A DNA stretch of 64,000 nt, taken from Octopus sinensis. Its lineage: Eukaryota. Location: positions 20,460,001-20,524,000 of the forward strand of contig NC_043003.1 of assembly GCF_006345805.1 (NCBI RefSeq). Reading direction: 5' to 3'. The translations under genes were made by a program, and so were the position numbers. Positions 14,438 through 27,327 of this stretch are shown piece by piece. Numbering within the stretch: the stretch's first letter is position 1; every line of letters begins with the position of its first letter. Below the pieces are notes generated by a model. That model was not told the DNA's origin. It saw only the letters and a list, made by a program, of their open reading frames with translations, and did no database searches.

Positions 14438-14640
14438 TGGGGTGAGAAATTGTGTGTGCTTGTGTATCTGTGTCTATCCCCACCATCACTTGACAACCGA
14501 TAAGTAAGCTCGGCGTAAAAGACCGATAGAATAAGTGCTAGGCTTACAAAGAATATTCCTGGGGTTGATTTGTTAGATCAAAGCTGATTGCTACTGCATG
14601 GTCGCAATCAAATGACTGAAACAAGCAAAGGAATGAAAGA
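14187..14640 (+). mobile_element. SINE-C with internal deletion, ending just before the gap
   Basis: Colinear with other SINE-C copies. Confidence 0.85.
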
Positions 14641-14656
14641 ATATATATATATCCAT

Positions 14657-14756
14657 NNNNNNNNNNNNNNNNNNNNNNNNNNNNNNNNNNNNNNNNNNNN
14701 NNNNNNNNNNNNNNNNNNNNNNNNNNNNNNNNNNNNNNNNNNNNNNNNNNNNNNNN
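14657..14756. other. Assembly gap (100 N)
   Basis: Run of exactly 100 N, a typical scaffolding placeholder; true gap size and adjacency are unknown. Confidence 0.98.
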
Positions 14757-15066
14757 TAATATACGAATATAAACAAGAAGGGTAGTAATATTATTTACTA
14801 CCAGGTGCCCAGCAAAAAGACGAATTAGGCATAAGACAAAAATATTATTCATATAGAAAAATATTATTCATGTAGTTACAATTAAGGGCTCCTAAATTAA
14901 GATGCCGAGTGCTGGGAACACAAAAAGGGGATGAATTTATCGAGAGTGAAAATCAAAAACGTTTACCGATAACTTTTACAACTCGAACCGCGGTTTCTGC
15001 TTCTTTCTAGCAAAACACAGAATATGTTTGCTAAGGCTAGCTTCATCAGCGAGTCGCCTAAATTTA

Positions 15067-15122
<56 letters not shown>

Positions 15123-15124
<2 letters not shown>

Positions 15125-15406
15125 AGGCGCAATGGCCCAATAGTTAGGGCTGCGAACTCGCGGTCTTAGGATCGCGGTTTCGATTCCCAGACCGGGCGTT
15201 GTGAGTGTGTATTGAGCGAAAACACCTAAAAGCTCCACGACGCTCCGGCAGGGGGTGTCGATACCTGCTGTACTCTTTCACCACTCTTTCTCTTGGCCTG
15301 CTTACTTAGCCAGCGGGGTGGCGTCATTCGAAGGCTAAACGTGATGTGTAGCGACATCTACTACGATGTGTAGCAACATCTGATAGTCTGGTCGGTCTCG
15401 TGGTGG
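15123..15406 (+). mobile_element. SINE-A, tail type 2
   Basis: Same ~175-bp head as 5217, then agccagcggggtggcgtcattcgaagg...catctgatagtctggtcgg. Confidence 0.85.
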
Positions 15407-15997
15407 TATATATATATACAAAAACATACATATCGGCATGTATGTATTTTGCATGCATGAATATATGTATGTATGAACGTGTGCATATTTGTATGTATAT
15501 ATGTGTGTGTATATACATACATACACACACACACATACATAGACTTGACACTAGCTTCACTTTAATTTAAGCATCAAATCTATTACAAAAGATGAAATGC
15601 ACAAAAAAAAATAAATAATAATAATTTCAGAAGACGAATCAAAACCAAAGCTTAGGGATTACGGCATTGTAATTTAAAATATAGGAACCAGAAATCACAA
15701 GAATTAACAGCGTTTAGTATTAATTCAATTAACGAACTAATCTATTATGTGTAGAAGAGAAATGTCAGGAAGTAAAATAGCGGTAACTTTTATACTGCTT
15801 TAGATACCTTAAAATATATTAGTTTCGTTTTTAGTTGCCCTAATGTAATATGAGATTTGTTGAAATACTATTGAGATACTATTTTTGTGCGTACGCATGC
15901 ACTGGCGTGCACATTTACAGGTAGATGCATATAGAGAAGCAGAAAGAAGATGGGAAGACAGATATAAAGTGATAGTTATAAGCGCTTATAAAGGGTT

Positions 15998-16050
<53 letters not shown>

Positions 16051-16165
16051 TATATATATGTATATGAATATATATAAAATGACCGCAAAAAGTGGAAAAC
16101 AACTGTTGAATACCTATGCTCCACAAGGGGCAAAAAGGATTAAGAAGAAGAAGAATATATATATA

Positions 16166-16399
16166 TTCTTTTATTTGTTTAAGTCATTTGACTGTGGCCA
16201 TGGTGGAGCACCGCTCTATAGTCGAACACATCGACGACCACAGAATTTATTCTTTATAAGCCTGGTACTTACTCTATCGGTGTCTTTTGCCGAACCGCTA
16301 GATTATGTGGACGTAAACACACCAGTATCGGTTGTAAAGCGATGTTGGGTGGGGGAACACAGACACACAAACACACACTCATGCACACACACACATATA

Positions 16400-16400
<1 letters not shown>
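16166..16400 (-). mobile_element. SINE-C 3' half
   Basis: gtcatttgactgtggccatggtggagcaccgc...gtaaacacaccag. Confidence 0.8.
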
Positions 16401-16437
<37 letters not shown>

Positions 16438-17654
16438 CACATACACACACACACATATACACACACACATATAACACGCCTTGTCTTCAAGCAATATGTA
16501 AACATGTCACCGAATTTCTTGTGGTCAACTGGGGGATACACCCTCTCCTGATTGAACAACTACCTCGTAGACTTTGGGCCTCTCTCCGTTGAATTATGCT
16601 ACAACAACATTAGATGATACTGTATACTTTAAATGATATTTATCTCTCACTGGAACGGAGTACATTTTTTGTTGATCTTACCTTTACGGAACAGTAAACT
16701 ATATGTACATACGTATGTATGAGAGTGTACCTCTATGTGTGTGTATGTATGTATGAGAAAGACAGTCTGTATGTATGTGTGTGTGATAAAGTGAGAGGGG
16801 GAGAGCGGGAGAATATGTATTAATCTGGGGTCTATATTTAAAAATGCCCAAAAAGTACAATATTTAGGGGATTACGAATTAAATCTCATCCTTTGATTTC
16901 CTATTTTATTCTTATCTTGTTTTCCGTACCCATTATTGTTTCATCTCTGCAGTAGATTAAACTTATCTCTATTGAAACGTTACATGTACAGAGATCAGAG
17001 ACATGCTTTTAGTAATCACAGGCTTTTCTTGGTTTTAATATAGTTGTACTTTACACAGAACTATGTCAAAGGCGCCGAAACCAAGGCAATTCCGTCTTTT
17101 CTCTTTTTTTGTTTCCTTTTTAGAAGCAGTGTATCTTTTATCCGTAAGTCATTGGGCAACGGCTATGTTGGGGCAACGCCTTAATGGGTTTAATCGAGAA
17201 ATTGACCCCCAGTAGATATTTTCTTAAAGTCAGGTATTTATTCTTTAGCCGCACTGCTGTTACAGGGATACAAAAAACCCGATTGTCAAGCGGATGTTTG
17301 GACAAAATAAAACACACATACATACACATACACACATATCTATCTATCTGTCGGTCTGTCTGTCTGTCTATACACACACACATACACACAAACACACACA
17401 CAAACACACAAACACACAAACACACATACATACATACACACACACATATATATTTGGTTGTGTCTGGGGAGAGTCATTCTCTTTAATGCCTTATTATTTA
17501 TTTAACACCTTCACCGGTAAAGTTACCCCAGACACAACCAAATATGCTTCAACACACAAACTAATATATAGAATCTTGCAAACCAAATTCCCAAATGACT
17601 GAAACAAGTAAAAGAATAAAAAAGTACATACAAATATATATATATATATATATT

Positions 17655-18173
17655 TATATTATATATAAAATCCGTTCAGTCTGTCTGTGTGTGTGTCTTC
17701 TAGTATCTCGGGCGTATTCCAACCGATTGCGCTCAAATTTGATATGTAGATACCGACGGTATCAGGGCGTGTATAAGTCTTCGAAAAATTACAAAAATCG
17801 ATTCCAGGTGAGAATGCGATCGATAAAACCGTTTTTGTCCTGCTTTTCTTCCGTCAACCTGTACATAACTGCACCTTCCTTTTTTGTCGTTTTTGTACTG
17901 CTTAAAGGCACGTTTCTTTCCTGCCAAGCTTACTATTTAAACCATGTTTGTGTTCTCCCAGTCAACAGCGTTATCATTTCTGGTACTTTAAACTCTTCTG
18001 TTGCATATTTGTGTGAATAAACTGGTTTTTCTTTGGAATAGAAAAAGTCTATCTTTATTTCTTCTTTTGCTGGTGTCTCAAATTTAGGTTAAATCATTGT
18101 TTCTCAAAGGGGAAGCCTATGGGACGGTCGGACAAGTTGTTTTGAGAAAATTGGACGGGGGACGTTTTGCTCG
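17655..18173 (+). mobile_element. Non-autonomous Helitron-like element, copy 1
   Basis: Begins tattatatataaaatccgttc...ccgattgcgctcaaatttgatatg; colinear with 28609-28992. Confidence 0.6.
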
Positions 18174-18842
18174 TATATATATATATATATATATACAGGA
18201 TATTAGGTTTACGCTAAAGAAAATTAGAAATCATTTATATTTCGACCATGTACACCTCTACAGAAAGAATAGACGAAGAGATAAAAAAAACATTGAGCGA
18301 GAAAAGTGCAAAAGTGTCTCAATTACACGGTTACCGCATGGCGAAATGACCGAGGCCGCTAGAGGTATGAATGGCAAGGGAGACAATTGTGAATTTGACT
18401 CGAAGCGTGGATGAAAAGTAAAAAAAGAGAGGATCAACTAAATCAGATCGAGGTAATTCAGGAGCGAAGTACACAACGTATCTAGGCGATTCAGGTTGAT
18501 TTAACTACTGAAATCAGTGCTCAATGCAACGTTAAAAGAGTTGTTAATTGATATCAGCCATCTTGCAAATCGAAGCATGTCTCAGAGGAATATTTTATGC
18601 ATTTGGTACATTTGACGCGGTGTAATTAAAAGACAGGCTTGCATAATGTTAAATGATGATGCCTAATGAAAAGTTATAAAATGTGCATTTGCTTAATGCT
18701 AAGTTTTATAATGTACACTTCGCTACGGAAACATCCATAGTAATATCCATGATATTCCAGAAGGCTGAGTGGCTTGCAAATCTATAGAAAATCAATTGGT
18801 TTTGTATCGTTTGTATGATACCCGTTCATTTTATCCTCATTA

Positions 18843-18843
18843 G

Positions 18844-18893
<50 letters not shown>

Positions 18894-18897
18894 CCTA

Positions 18898-18944
<47 letters not shown>

Positions 18945-19215
18945 CCTACCTATCTATCTATCTATCCGTCTTTCCGTCTGTCTGTTTATCAGTTTATCTA
19001 CCTGTCTGTATGTCTGTCAGCCTATCTATCTATCTATCTATCTACCTACCTATCTACCTATCTATCTATCTATCTATCTATCTATCATCTATCTATCTAT
19101 CTATCTACCTACCTATCTATCTATCTATCCGTCTTTCCGTCTGTCTGTTTATCAGTTTATCTACCTGTCTGTATGTCTGTCAGCCTATCTATCTATCTAT
19201 CTATCTATCTATCTG
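18843..19215. repeat. (TATC)n microsatellite with an internal 163-bp tandem duplication
   Basis: ccgtctttccgtctgtctgtttatcag block at 18966 and 19129. Confidence 0.9.
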
Positions 19216-20146
19216 TGTGTGTGTGCGTGATTCAAACACACATCTTGTGTGTGCATGCGTGTATTCGTGTGTTTACGTGCATGCATGCGTGCGTGCGTGT
19301 GTGCAAGTGAGTGTGTGTGCATGTGTGTGTGTGGGGGGTCTTACAACACAAAAAGTACAATTAAACATAAAAGTAACTAAAATGAAGTGGTGAAATGAAT
19401 AGAAATAACAAAGAGGAAATGGGGAAGGCAAAAAAAAACAAAAAGAAAAAGAAAAGATCTACCCCCAAATCCTACCAAATAATACGTGCTGACGTAATCT
19501 TATTAAAAGAGTACATTTCCCGGTAATTAACCTTGTAGCATTAGCAGAAGCTTGAAAGAATTATCTCCCCATCGAAGCGAATTACCGCTCAAGCGATTCT
19601 AAGCATTGAAATATGTAGACGAATAAACACAAAAGGGAATAAAAGAAATGCGTTCAACAGAATGATTGACAACACATCTTTCCTTCCTTTTCTCTTTCTT
19701 TTCTCTTTCGTTTCTTATTTTCTTCTTTCTTAAATTTTCCCTTTTTTCTTATTTCTTTGTTTCTTTATCTCATCAATTATTTCGTTCCTTGCTCTTCTTC
19801 ATCTTCTCTGCTCTTCAAATTATTTCCTTACAATACAAAAGCAATTGATTTTCTATAGATTTGCACGCCACCCAGCCTTCTGGAATATTACGCTCCAGTG
19901 AATCTACATAATAACTTCATCCTCTCTCTCTTAATACGTCTCAATAACTTAATCCACTTGACCACGCTAAAGCAACGGCTCTTCTCTAAATAGTATTATT
20001 CCAGAAGCACACACACACACACGAGCATACACATCTCTGTTAACATAAATCCATGCATATAGAGAATGAGACATAAATCTGAATAACATTAACGAGACTC
20101 ACACATGCACACACATACACACACACACGCACAGACACACACACAC

Positions 20147-20287
20147 GAACATATGCAGGAATATATAAAGTCTCACGCACACATATACAATCTCACGGTC
20201 GAACACGTACACGAGCATATACAGGTGCACACATGCAGACATACAAATATACATTCGAGCATACACACACATACACACACACACATA

Positions 20288-20341
<54 letters not shown>

Positions 20342-20830
20342 AACATATGCACGAATATATGAAGGCTCACGTGCACATATATAATCTCACGCTCGAACAC
20401 GTACACGAGCATATACAGGTGCACACATGTAGACATACAAATATACATTCGAGCATACACACACATACACATACACACATACACACACACACACACAGAC
20501 ACACACACGAACATATGCAGGAATATATATAGGCTCACGTACACATATACAATCTCACGCTCGAACACGTACACGAGCATATACAGGTACACACATGTAG
20601 ACATAAAAATATACATTCGAGCATACTCACACACACACACATACTCACACACATACTCACACACACACACACATGAACATATGCACGAATATATAAAGGC
20701 TCACGTACACATATACAATCTCACGCTCGAACACGTACACGAGCATATACAGCTACCCACATGTAGACATACAAATATACATTCGAGCATACACACACAC
20801 ACACACACACTCACAAACATACACACATAC
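20147..20830. repeat. Minisatellite: four ~120-bp cores, each followed by a variable (CA)n tract
   Basis: gaacatatgc starts at 20147, 20341, 20509 and 20675. Confidence 0.9.
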
Positions 20831-21605
20831 TGATATCTGTTAATATAAATACATATATAGAGAGAGACATACAAACCTCAGTATAACACGAACCTACATA
20901 CAGACACATACACACACATGTAGATGCACAGGTATTACGCACACTAACACATACTAACACACGCACAGCTCTATATGACTTGGTGTATGCTTGGCTTTGT
21001 AAGAATGATTATTTTTAAGTAATTTTTTTTTTTACTTCAGACACTAAACTACTTGTAGAACAAACATTGAATCGTGGTCGGCGAAGGGGAAAAGGTCACA
21101 AAAACAAAAGGAAAACAGGGGGAAAAAATCACAAAAAACTAAAAAAATAACCTGTTTGTTTATTATGTGTGTGTGTGTGTTTAAGATATTGTTTTATTTA
21201 AGATATTGTATAAATTTGGTATTTTTTTCTATACACGTGTAATGACATTATATAAATTGTATTTTCATAGTGTTCAAGTCAGGTTTTGTGAGTTAATTGA
21301 ACGACTGAAAGTATTTGTTTAATTACTTTAGCGCTTAAGGCAGCGCACTGCCAGAACCGTTAGCGCGTCGGAGAAAACGCTTGGCTGTATTATGTTCAAC
21401 GTCGCCTCTTATCTCTTTCGGGGGTCGATAAAGTACCACCTAAGCTCTGGCATCGATTGTGTCCTTCTGCTAAAATTAGACATAGTAATTACATTAAAAC
21501 ATATTAATTAATGGTATATAAAAAAAATGTGAATCGTTTTTTTTTTCATTTTTTCTTGCGTGATTCTTTACTGTGAATTTTTTTCCTGTGACTGTTTTAT
21601 AATTC

Positions 21606-21960
21606 TTAGCGGTATTTCATCCGTCTTAACGTTCTGAGTTCAAATTTCACCGAGGTTGACTTTGCCTTTCATCCTTTCGGGGTTGATTAAATAAGTACCA
21701 GTCACGCACTGGGGTCGATATAATCGACTAAATCCGTTTGTCTGTCCTTGTTTGTCCTCTCTGTGTTTATCCCCTTGTGGGTAGTAAAGAAATAGGTATT
21801 TCATCCGTCTTAACTTTCTGAGTTCAAATTCCGCCGAGATCGAATTTGCCTTTCTCCCTTTCGGGGTCGATAAAGTAAGTACCAGTTGAGCACTGGGTCA
21901 ATGTAATTGACTAACCCCTCCCCCAAATTTGCTGGCCTTGTACCAAAATTTGAAACCAAA
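21606..21960 (+). mobile_element. SINE-D dimer, 5'-truncated
   Basis: Junction aagaaataggtatttc at ~21789. Confidence 0.85.
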
Positions 21961-22421
21961 ACTGTAAACGGCAAATTTTGGCGCTAGGCCATTCAATAAT
22001 GAGGATTTAATCAATAACACCAACTCCAGTATATTACTGATACTTTATTTTATCGACACCGAAAGGACAAACAAGAAAGCCAGCCACGGCATGATTTAAA
22101 CTCAGAGCGTAATGAACCAAAAGAAATGCCACTAAGCATTTTGCCTGACGCACTAACAATTCTGCCCGTTCTTCGCTTTAAATAGTGCTTTCAGTTATTA
22201 GGGGAAATAGTGTTTAGGTAGGTCCGTAGTGTTAGCTGAATTTCGGGAAGCATGGGAGTTTTGAGGAATACAGTGTCCTGTTAGCTAACAATCAGCACAG
22301 GTCATTTATTCTATGCTTCAACAAATATGAATGTAAAATTATGAACTGCTTTCTTTTCTTTTCTAATTCTATGGCTGCTCTCGGAAATACTGGTATTTAA
22401 GTTTTTTAAGTCTAATCGGTT

Positions 22422-22545
22422 GCAGCTGAGTGGACAGGAACAACGTGCAGATGTAGTCCTTTGCTCAAGAACACAACGCACCGCTCGGACCGATAATCGA
22501 AACCACAATCTCTAGATCGTGAGTACAACACCATAACCACTAAGC
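22422..22545 (-). mobile_element. SINE-B 5' part
   Basis: tttgctcaagaacacaacgcaccg...aatcgaaaccacaatc...taaccactaagc. Confidence 0.65.
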
Positions 22546-22656
22546 TTGGTTAAAATAAGGTATCAGTCAAGTACGCGGCATCAAATTAATCGACCAAACT
22601 CTCTCCTTAACATCTATGACTTTTTATCTAAGCTCAATGACTCTATTTTGTACCTT

Positions 22657-23040
22657 GGAGGCGCAATGGTCCAGTGGTTAGTGCAGCGGACTCGCGGTCG
22701 TAGGATCGCGGTTTCGATTCGCAGACAGGGCGTTGTGAATGTTCATTGAGCGGAAACACCTAAAGCTCCACGAGGCTCTGGCAGGGGTGGTGGCGAACCC
22801 TGCTGCACCCTTTCACCACAACTCTCTTTCTCATTTTTTGTTTCTGTTGTACCTGTATTTCAAAGAGCCAGCCTTGTCACACTCTGTGACTCTGCGTCAC
22901 GCTGAATCTCCCTGAGAACTACGTTAGGGGTGCACTTGTCTGTAGAGTGTCCAGCCACTTGCGCGTTAATTTCACGAGCAGGCTATTCGGTTGATGGGAT
23001 CAACTGGAACCGTCGGAGTCGCAACCGACGGAGGGCCACG
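22657..23040 (+). mobile_element. SINE-A, tail type 3
   Basis: Same head, then gtcacgctgaatctccctgagaactacg...caactggaaccgtcggagtcgcaaccgacggag. Confidence 0.85.
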
Positions 23041-23342
23041 AGTATTTTCTACCATTTGTTCATGAGATTATACAGCATTCATGAACTTTCTCTCTTTCAA
23101 AGACAAAGTGGTATCAATGAATGAAAATAATATTTATATAGTCATTTATTGAGATTTTATTATGATATTTTATCTTTACATTATTAATTTGTTGTCTGTG
23201 ACCTTCTCGATTGGAATCGGTAATTTTTTCTACAAGTGGTTTAGTGTCTAAAGAAAAAAAAATCATTTTATAGGAATTGAAATATTCTATAAAGAAAAGA
23301 CAACAGACTCACATATAAGGCTGTATATAATTGAGTGTGTAA

Positions 23343-23757
23343 GGCGGCGAGCTGGTAGAAACGTTAGCACGCCGGGCAAAATGCGTAGCAGTATTTCGTT
23401 TGCCGTTACGTTGTGAGTTCAAATTCCGCCGATGTCGACTTTGCTTTTCATCCTTTCGGGAATCGATAAATTAAGTACCAATTACGCACTGGGGCCGATG
23501 TAATCGACTTAATCCATTTGTCTGTGCTTGTTTGTCCCCTCTGTGTTTAGCCCCTTGTGGGTAGTAAAGAAATAGGTATTTCGTCTGCCGTTCCGTTCTG
23601 AGTTCAAATTCCGCCGAGGTTGACTTTGCCTTTCATCCTTTAGGGGTCGATAAATTAAGTACCAGTTACGCACTGGGGTCGATGTAATCGACTTAATCCG
23701 TTTTTCTGTCCTTGTTTGTCCGCTCTGTGTTTGGCCCCTTATGGGTAGTAAAGAAAT
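23343..23757 (+). mobile_element. SINE-D dimer (body-tailB twice; 185-bp period)
   Basis: gtatttcg at 23391 and 23576. Confidence 0.9.
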
Positions 23758-24414
23758 GAGTCTTTTGTCCGTCTGTGTATCTCTCTTTTTTTCACACATG
23801 CACCGGTAAAATTTCCACTCATTTCCTTCTTTATTTTTCTAAAGTTTTCGTTTCGTCTTGCAAACATTTCAATAGTTTTTGACTCCATCCGTTATTCAAG
23901 AGTGTAAATACTGGGTCAAAAGAAAGCCTTTTAGATAGATAAAGTTAAAGGCTGTTCATTTCTAAATTCTTATGGCTTGACAGCAGAAATAGTTTTTAAA
24001 GCACAAAAACGATAACAACGTCAAGCAAGCTTAAAATATATGCAACAACCATAACAACAGGAATAACATTGCCAGAGCAGAACAGAAGAATCAGACATAT
24101 TTCGCGTTTTATTTATAGCTATACCCAAAGATTAACGGGAAGAACTTGTAGGTGTACATCTCACGTAAACAGTATCGAGCGCAATTTAATCTTAATAAAG
24201 AAATAACATTTTCAAAGGAAATTATAAACGGCTTCTGTTTTATGAATGGTAAACTGATTTTGACTTTTTTGCTAATTATATCATCAGGTGATGAACGATT
24301 GTCGGAAAGCAATTATCAGACAGGTAGCTCTTTTAAGCTGTAACTCTTTTAATGTTGTGTGGAAAGACCACGTTGTCCTGGGTTCGGTCCTATTCCACAG
24401 CACTTTGGGAAAGA

Positions 24415-24838
24415 GGCGCAGGAGTGGCTCTGTGGTAACTAGCTTGCTAACCAACCACATGGTTCCGGGTTCACTCCTACTGCGTGGCACCTTGGGCAAG
24501 TGTCTTCTACTATAGCCTCGGGCCGACCAAAGCCTTGTGAGTGGATTTGGTAGACGGAAACTGAAAGAAGCTCGTCGTATATATGTATATATATGTATGT
24601 GTGTGTGTATGTGTTTGTGTGTCTGTGTTTGCTCCCCCCCCCCAACATCGCTTGACAACCGATGTTGGTGTGTTTACGTTCCCGTAACTTAGCGGTTCGG
24701 TAAAAGAGACCGATAGAATACGTACAAGACTTACAAAGAATAAGTCCTGGGGTTGATTTGTTCGACTTAAACCATTTAAGGTGGTGTTCCAACATGGCCG
24801 CAGTCCAGTAACTGAAATAAGTAAATGGAATGAAAGAT
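24415..24838 (+). mobile_element. SINE-C full length
   Basis: Complete head-to-tail match to 2652-3064. Confidence 0.9.
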
Positions 24839-26829
24839 TACTCCTCTAATAAGTAGTAACTGATGGACTGTGGTCCTGATCTTCATGTGTAGTTCACGCT
24901 GTGCTGTATACTTGACTAAGAAAATTAACCGTCGGCTGATCCAGTTAACGAAGTTATAAATAGGAACCATGTGAAAGCTCGGTTTACCCCCAACACTACA
25001 CACACACACATTGTAATCAGTAGGTCGCAAACTGAGAAGGACTAGCACCCCACCACCACCACAAAAATCAAAATAATAGTGAAAAAGATTTTGCATTCGA
25101 CAGTACTTCATTAATCACATGACAAAAATAGCTTTCGCATTCATATAAATCTCCGTATATTTCTTTGTTTTTCACTAAAATGATTTTTTAAATCTTTCTA
25201 AAGTTTAGAAAGTAGGATGCCATCTAAATTTTATCAAACCTGGCAGTATGTCTTCCCCCACTTTTCAATCCTTACAGCCGCGAGTCCTCTTATGAGAACT
25301 ACTGATATAATTCGTTCTATTTTCAAGTAGATTCTCTACTACCAAGAGAGCCTATCACTTTTGTATATTTCCCCGTCGGGAAGAGATGGAAATAAAAATA
25401 AACAGCCACATTGATAATAATTTTTCTGCTGAATTATGTTGGTCCCTCTTAGTTTCTTTAAAAATGGCATTACACCGCTACTGTAAAGGCCTCTGATTCT
25501 CTGCTCCTCTGGGCTAGTCGGTTTCATGCTATAACAACCACCACTCAGAACACACTTATCTCTCATCCTCCATCACCATTGTTCGCTCCGACCCGCAGGC
25601 CCCTAATATAACAAGAAAAGCAACAGGCTTATTCAGTTTATTCAAACCTTTTATCTATTACTTGCCAACTACACTATATGGCAACTGTTGCTTTATCTTC
25701 TCAAATTAACCCTGTCACACCGTATTCCCACTATAGCCGATTCTGTCCGTTAGTTTATCTGCAATCGTTACACTTTATTTCATTACATCATTAAATTGGC
25801 CTTAAAGGCCTTACTCAGAGAAAAAGGAAGCTGCGGGCTGGACACAGACATAATGAAAAGTAAAAATGATAATTAATGGGGGGAAACAAGCAACGCCCGT
25901 CGATCGTTTGTTTCCCGAAAACATTTTTCGCTTATATATCATGCATGAGGCAGCAAACCTCTTAAAACTGTTCATAATGTTTATTAATACAAAAAGGAGG
26001 CATTACGCGTCTTACTTTGTTAAACAGAATAAGGTTTCAAACCCGTCATCAATTCATAACTCTTTCAATCGTTACTCTTGAGCTATATACGCAACTATTT
26101 ATCCGTTTGCTCGACAGCCCGGGTGGAGAGTAAGGTTAGACATAGGGTCTCAAGTCTGAGAGAGTTAATGTTGGTGACTTAGCAGAATTATATGGTTGTG
26201 AAAGAGAACGTTTTGTATTCTCTTTCGATTCTTTCTGTTCTAAATTCAAATTTTACTTAAGTCACCTCACCGTTTCATCCTTCTGTAGTCCTTAGCATAA
26301 ACTACCAGGGTCGTTTTAGCGTCGATACACTGTTTTTGTTTCAATTAATTTTGAAAAAAAAAAAATAATGAATAGTTTATTAAAATAATTTTGTAATTAT
26401 TAAACCAGTGGAAATGGTAGGCTGACTGAACCATTTATAGGACACAGGGCAATATACTTAGCAACGTTTCGTCTGGCTATTTACATTTTGAATTCAAATA
26501 ACGCTGAGGGAGACTTTGCCTTTTATCTTTTCAGGGTCGATAAAATAATTACCAGTTAAGCCGTGGGGTCGATGTTATCGATTATTTCCCTCCCCAACAG
26601 AAATTCAGGCCTTGTGGTTACAGCAGGGAGAATTATTAAACCGGTGTTTCGAACATAAATTTGCATGAAATCTTGGAGTGTTTTAACTTGGATGAATTAA
26701 ACATAACGTCTGTATTATAGAACTAAGGGCGATCTAAAGCGGGTTGATAAATGATCCATCAATAGTTCACATTAATGACTTTTCATCAAAATTTCATGTT
26801 AATTTAAAACTCAAGAACCGGCTTAATAA

Positions 26830-27040
26830 TCCTTTCTACTATAGAAACAAGGTTTTCAGTGGGGGCTAGACCATAACATCGGCTCCAGTGCTTGACTGGT
26901 ACTTAATTTATCGACCTCAACTGAATGAAAGACAGAGTCGGCCTTCCTCGTCGGAATTTGAGCCCAGAACGTAAAAACAGACCACATGCCACTAAATGTT
27001 TTGTTCGGCTCGGCAACGATTCCGCTAGCTCGCCGCCTTC
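26830..27040 (-). mobile_element. SINE-D monomer, old (further degenerate copies at 26140-26310 and 26410-26630, +)
   Basis: ctggtacttaatttatcgacc...ttccgctagctcgccgcc. Confidence 0.65.
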
Positions 27041-27085
27041 GACCAGCTTAATAATAGCAAAATTCAGTTCTATATTTATGTCCAC

Positions 27086-27327
27086 GGGCACATGGCGAAG
27101 TGGTTAAGAGCGCGGGCAACTAACCCCAAGATTCCGAGTTCCATTCTCGGTAGCGACCTGAATAATAATAACAACACCAACAACAACATAGAAAAATACC
27201 TTAGGAATAAGAATCCAGGTTTGAAATTTACCCAAGACACATGAAGATGGCTGGAGGTATATCAGCTGAAATGTTGTGTTAACAACAAACAAGATGAGGA
27301 CAAATATCCGTCGAATGTAAATAATGT
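27086..27327 (+). mobile_element. SINE-E: tRNA-like head, (AAT/AAC)n linker, tail with hammerhead-like motif
   Basis: A box TGGCGAAGTGG; intact T-arm CCGAG-TTCCATT-CTCGG (27134-27150); hammerhead-like motif at 27236-27280. Confidence 0.6.

Noticed and set aside
14600-14800. ORFs and adjacency across the N gap
   Set aside because: Gap length is a placeholder, so linkage of 1-14656 to the rest, including the gene, is unverified.
16935-17000. Possible additional hammerhead (atctctg...gaaac...gtacagagat)
   Set aside because: Core reads CAGTAGA and no clear stem II abuts GAAA.
20147-20830. CRISPR-like repeat/spacer appearance
   Set aside because: Cores are ~120 bp, spacers are plain CA repeats, no cas genes, eukaryotic context.
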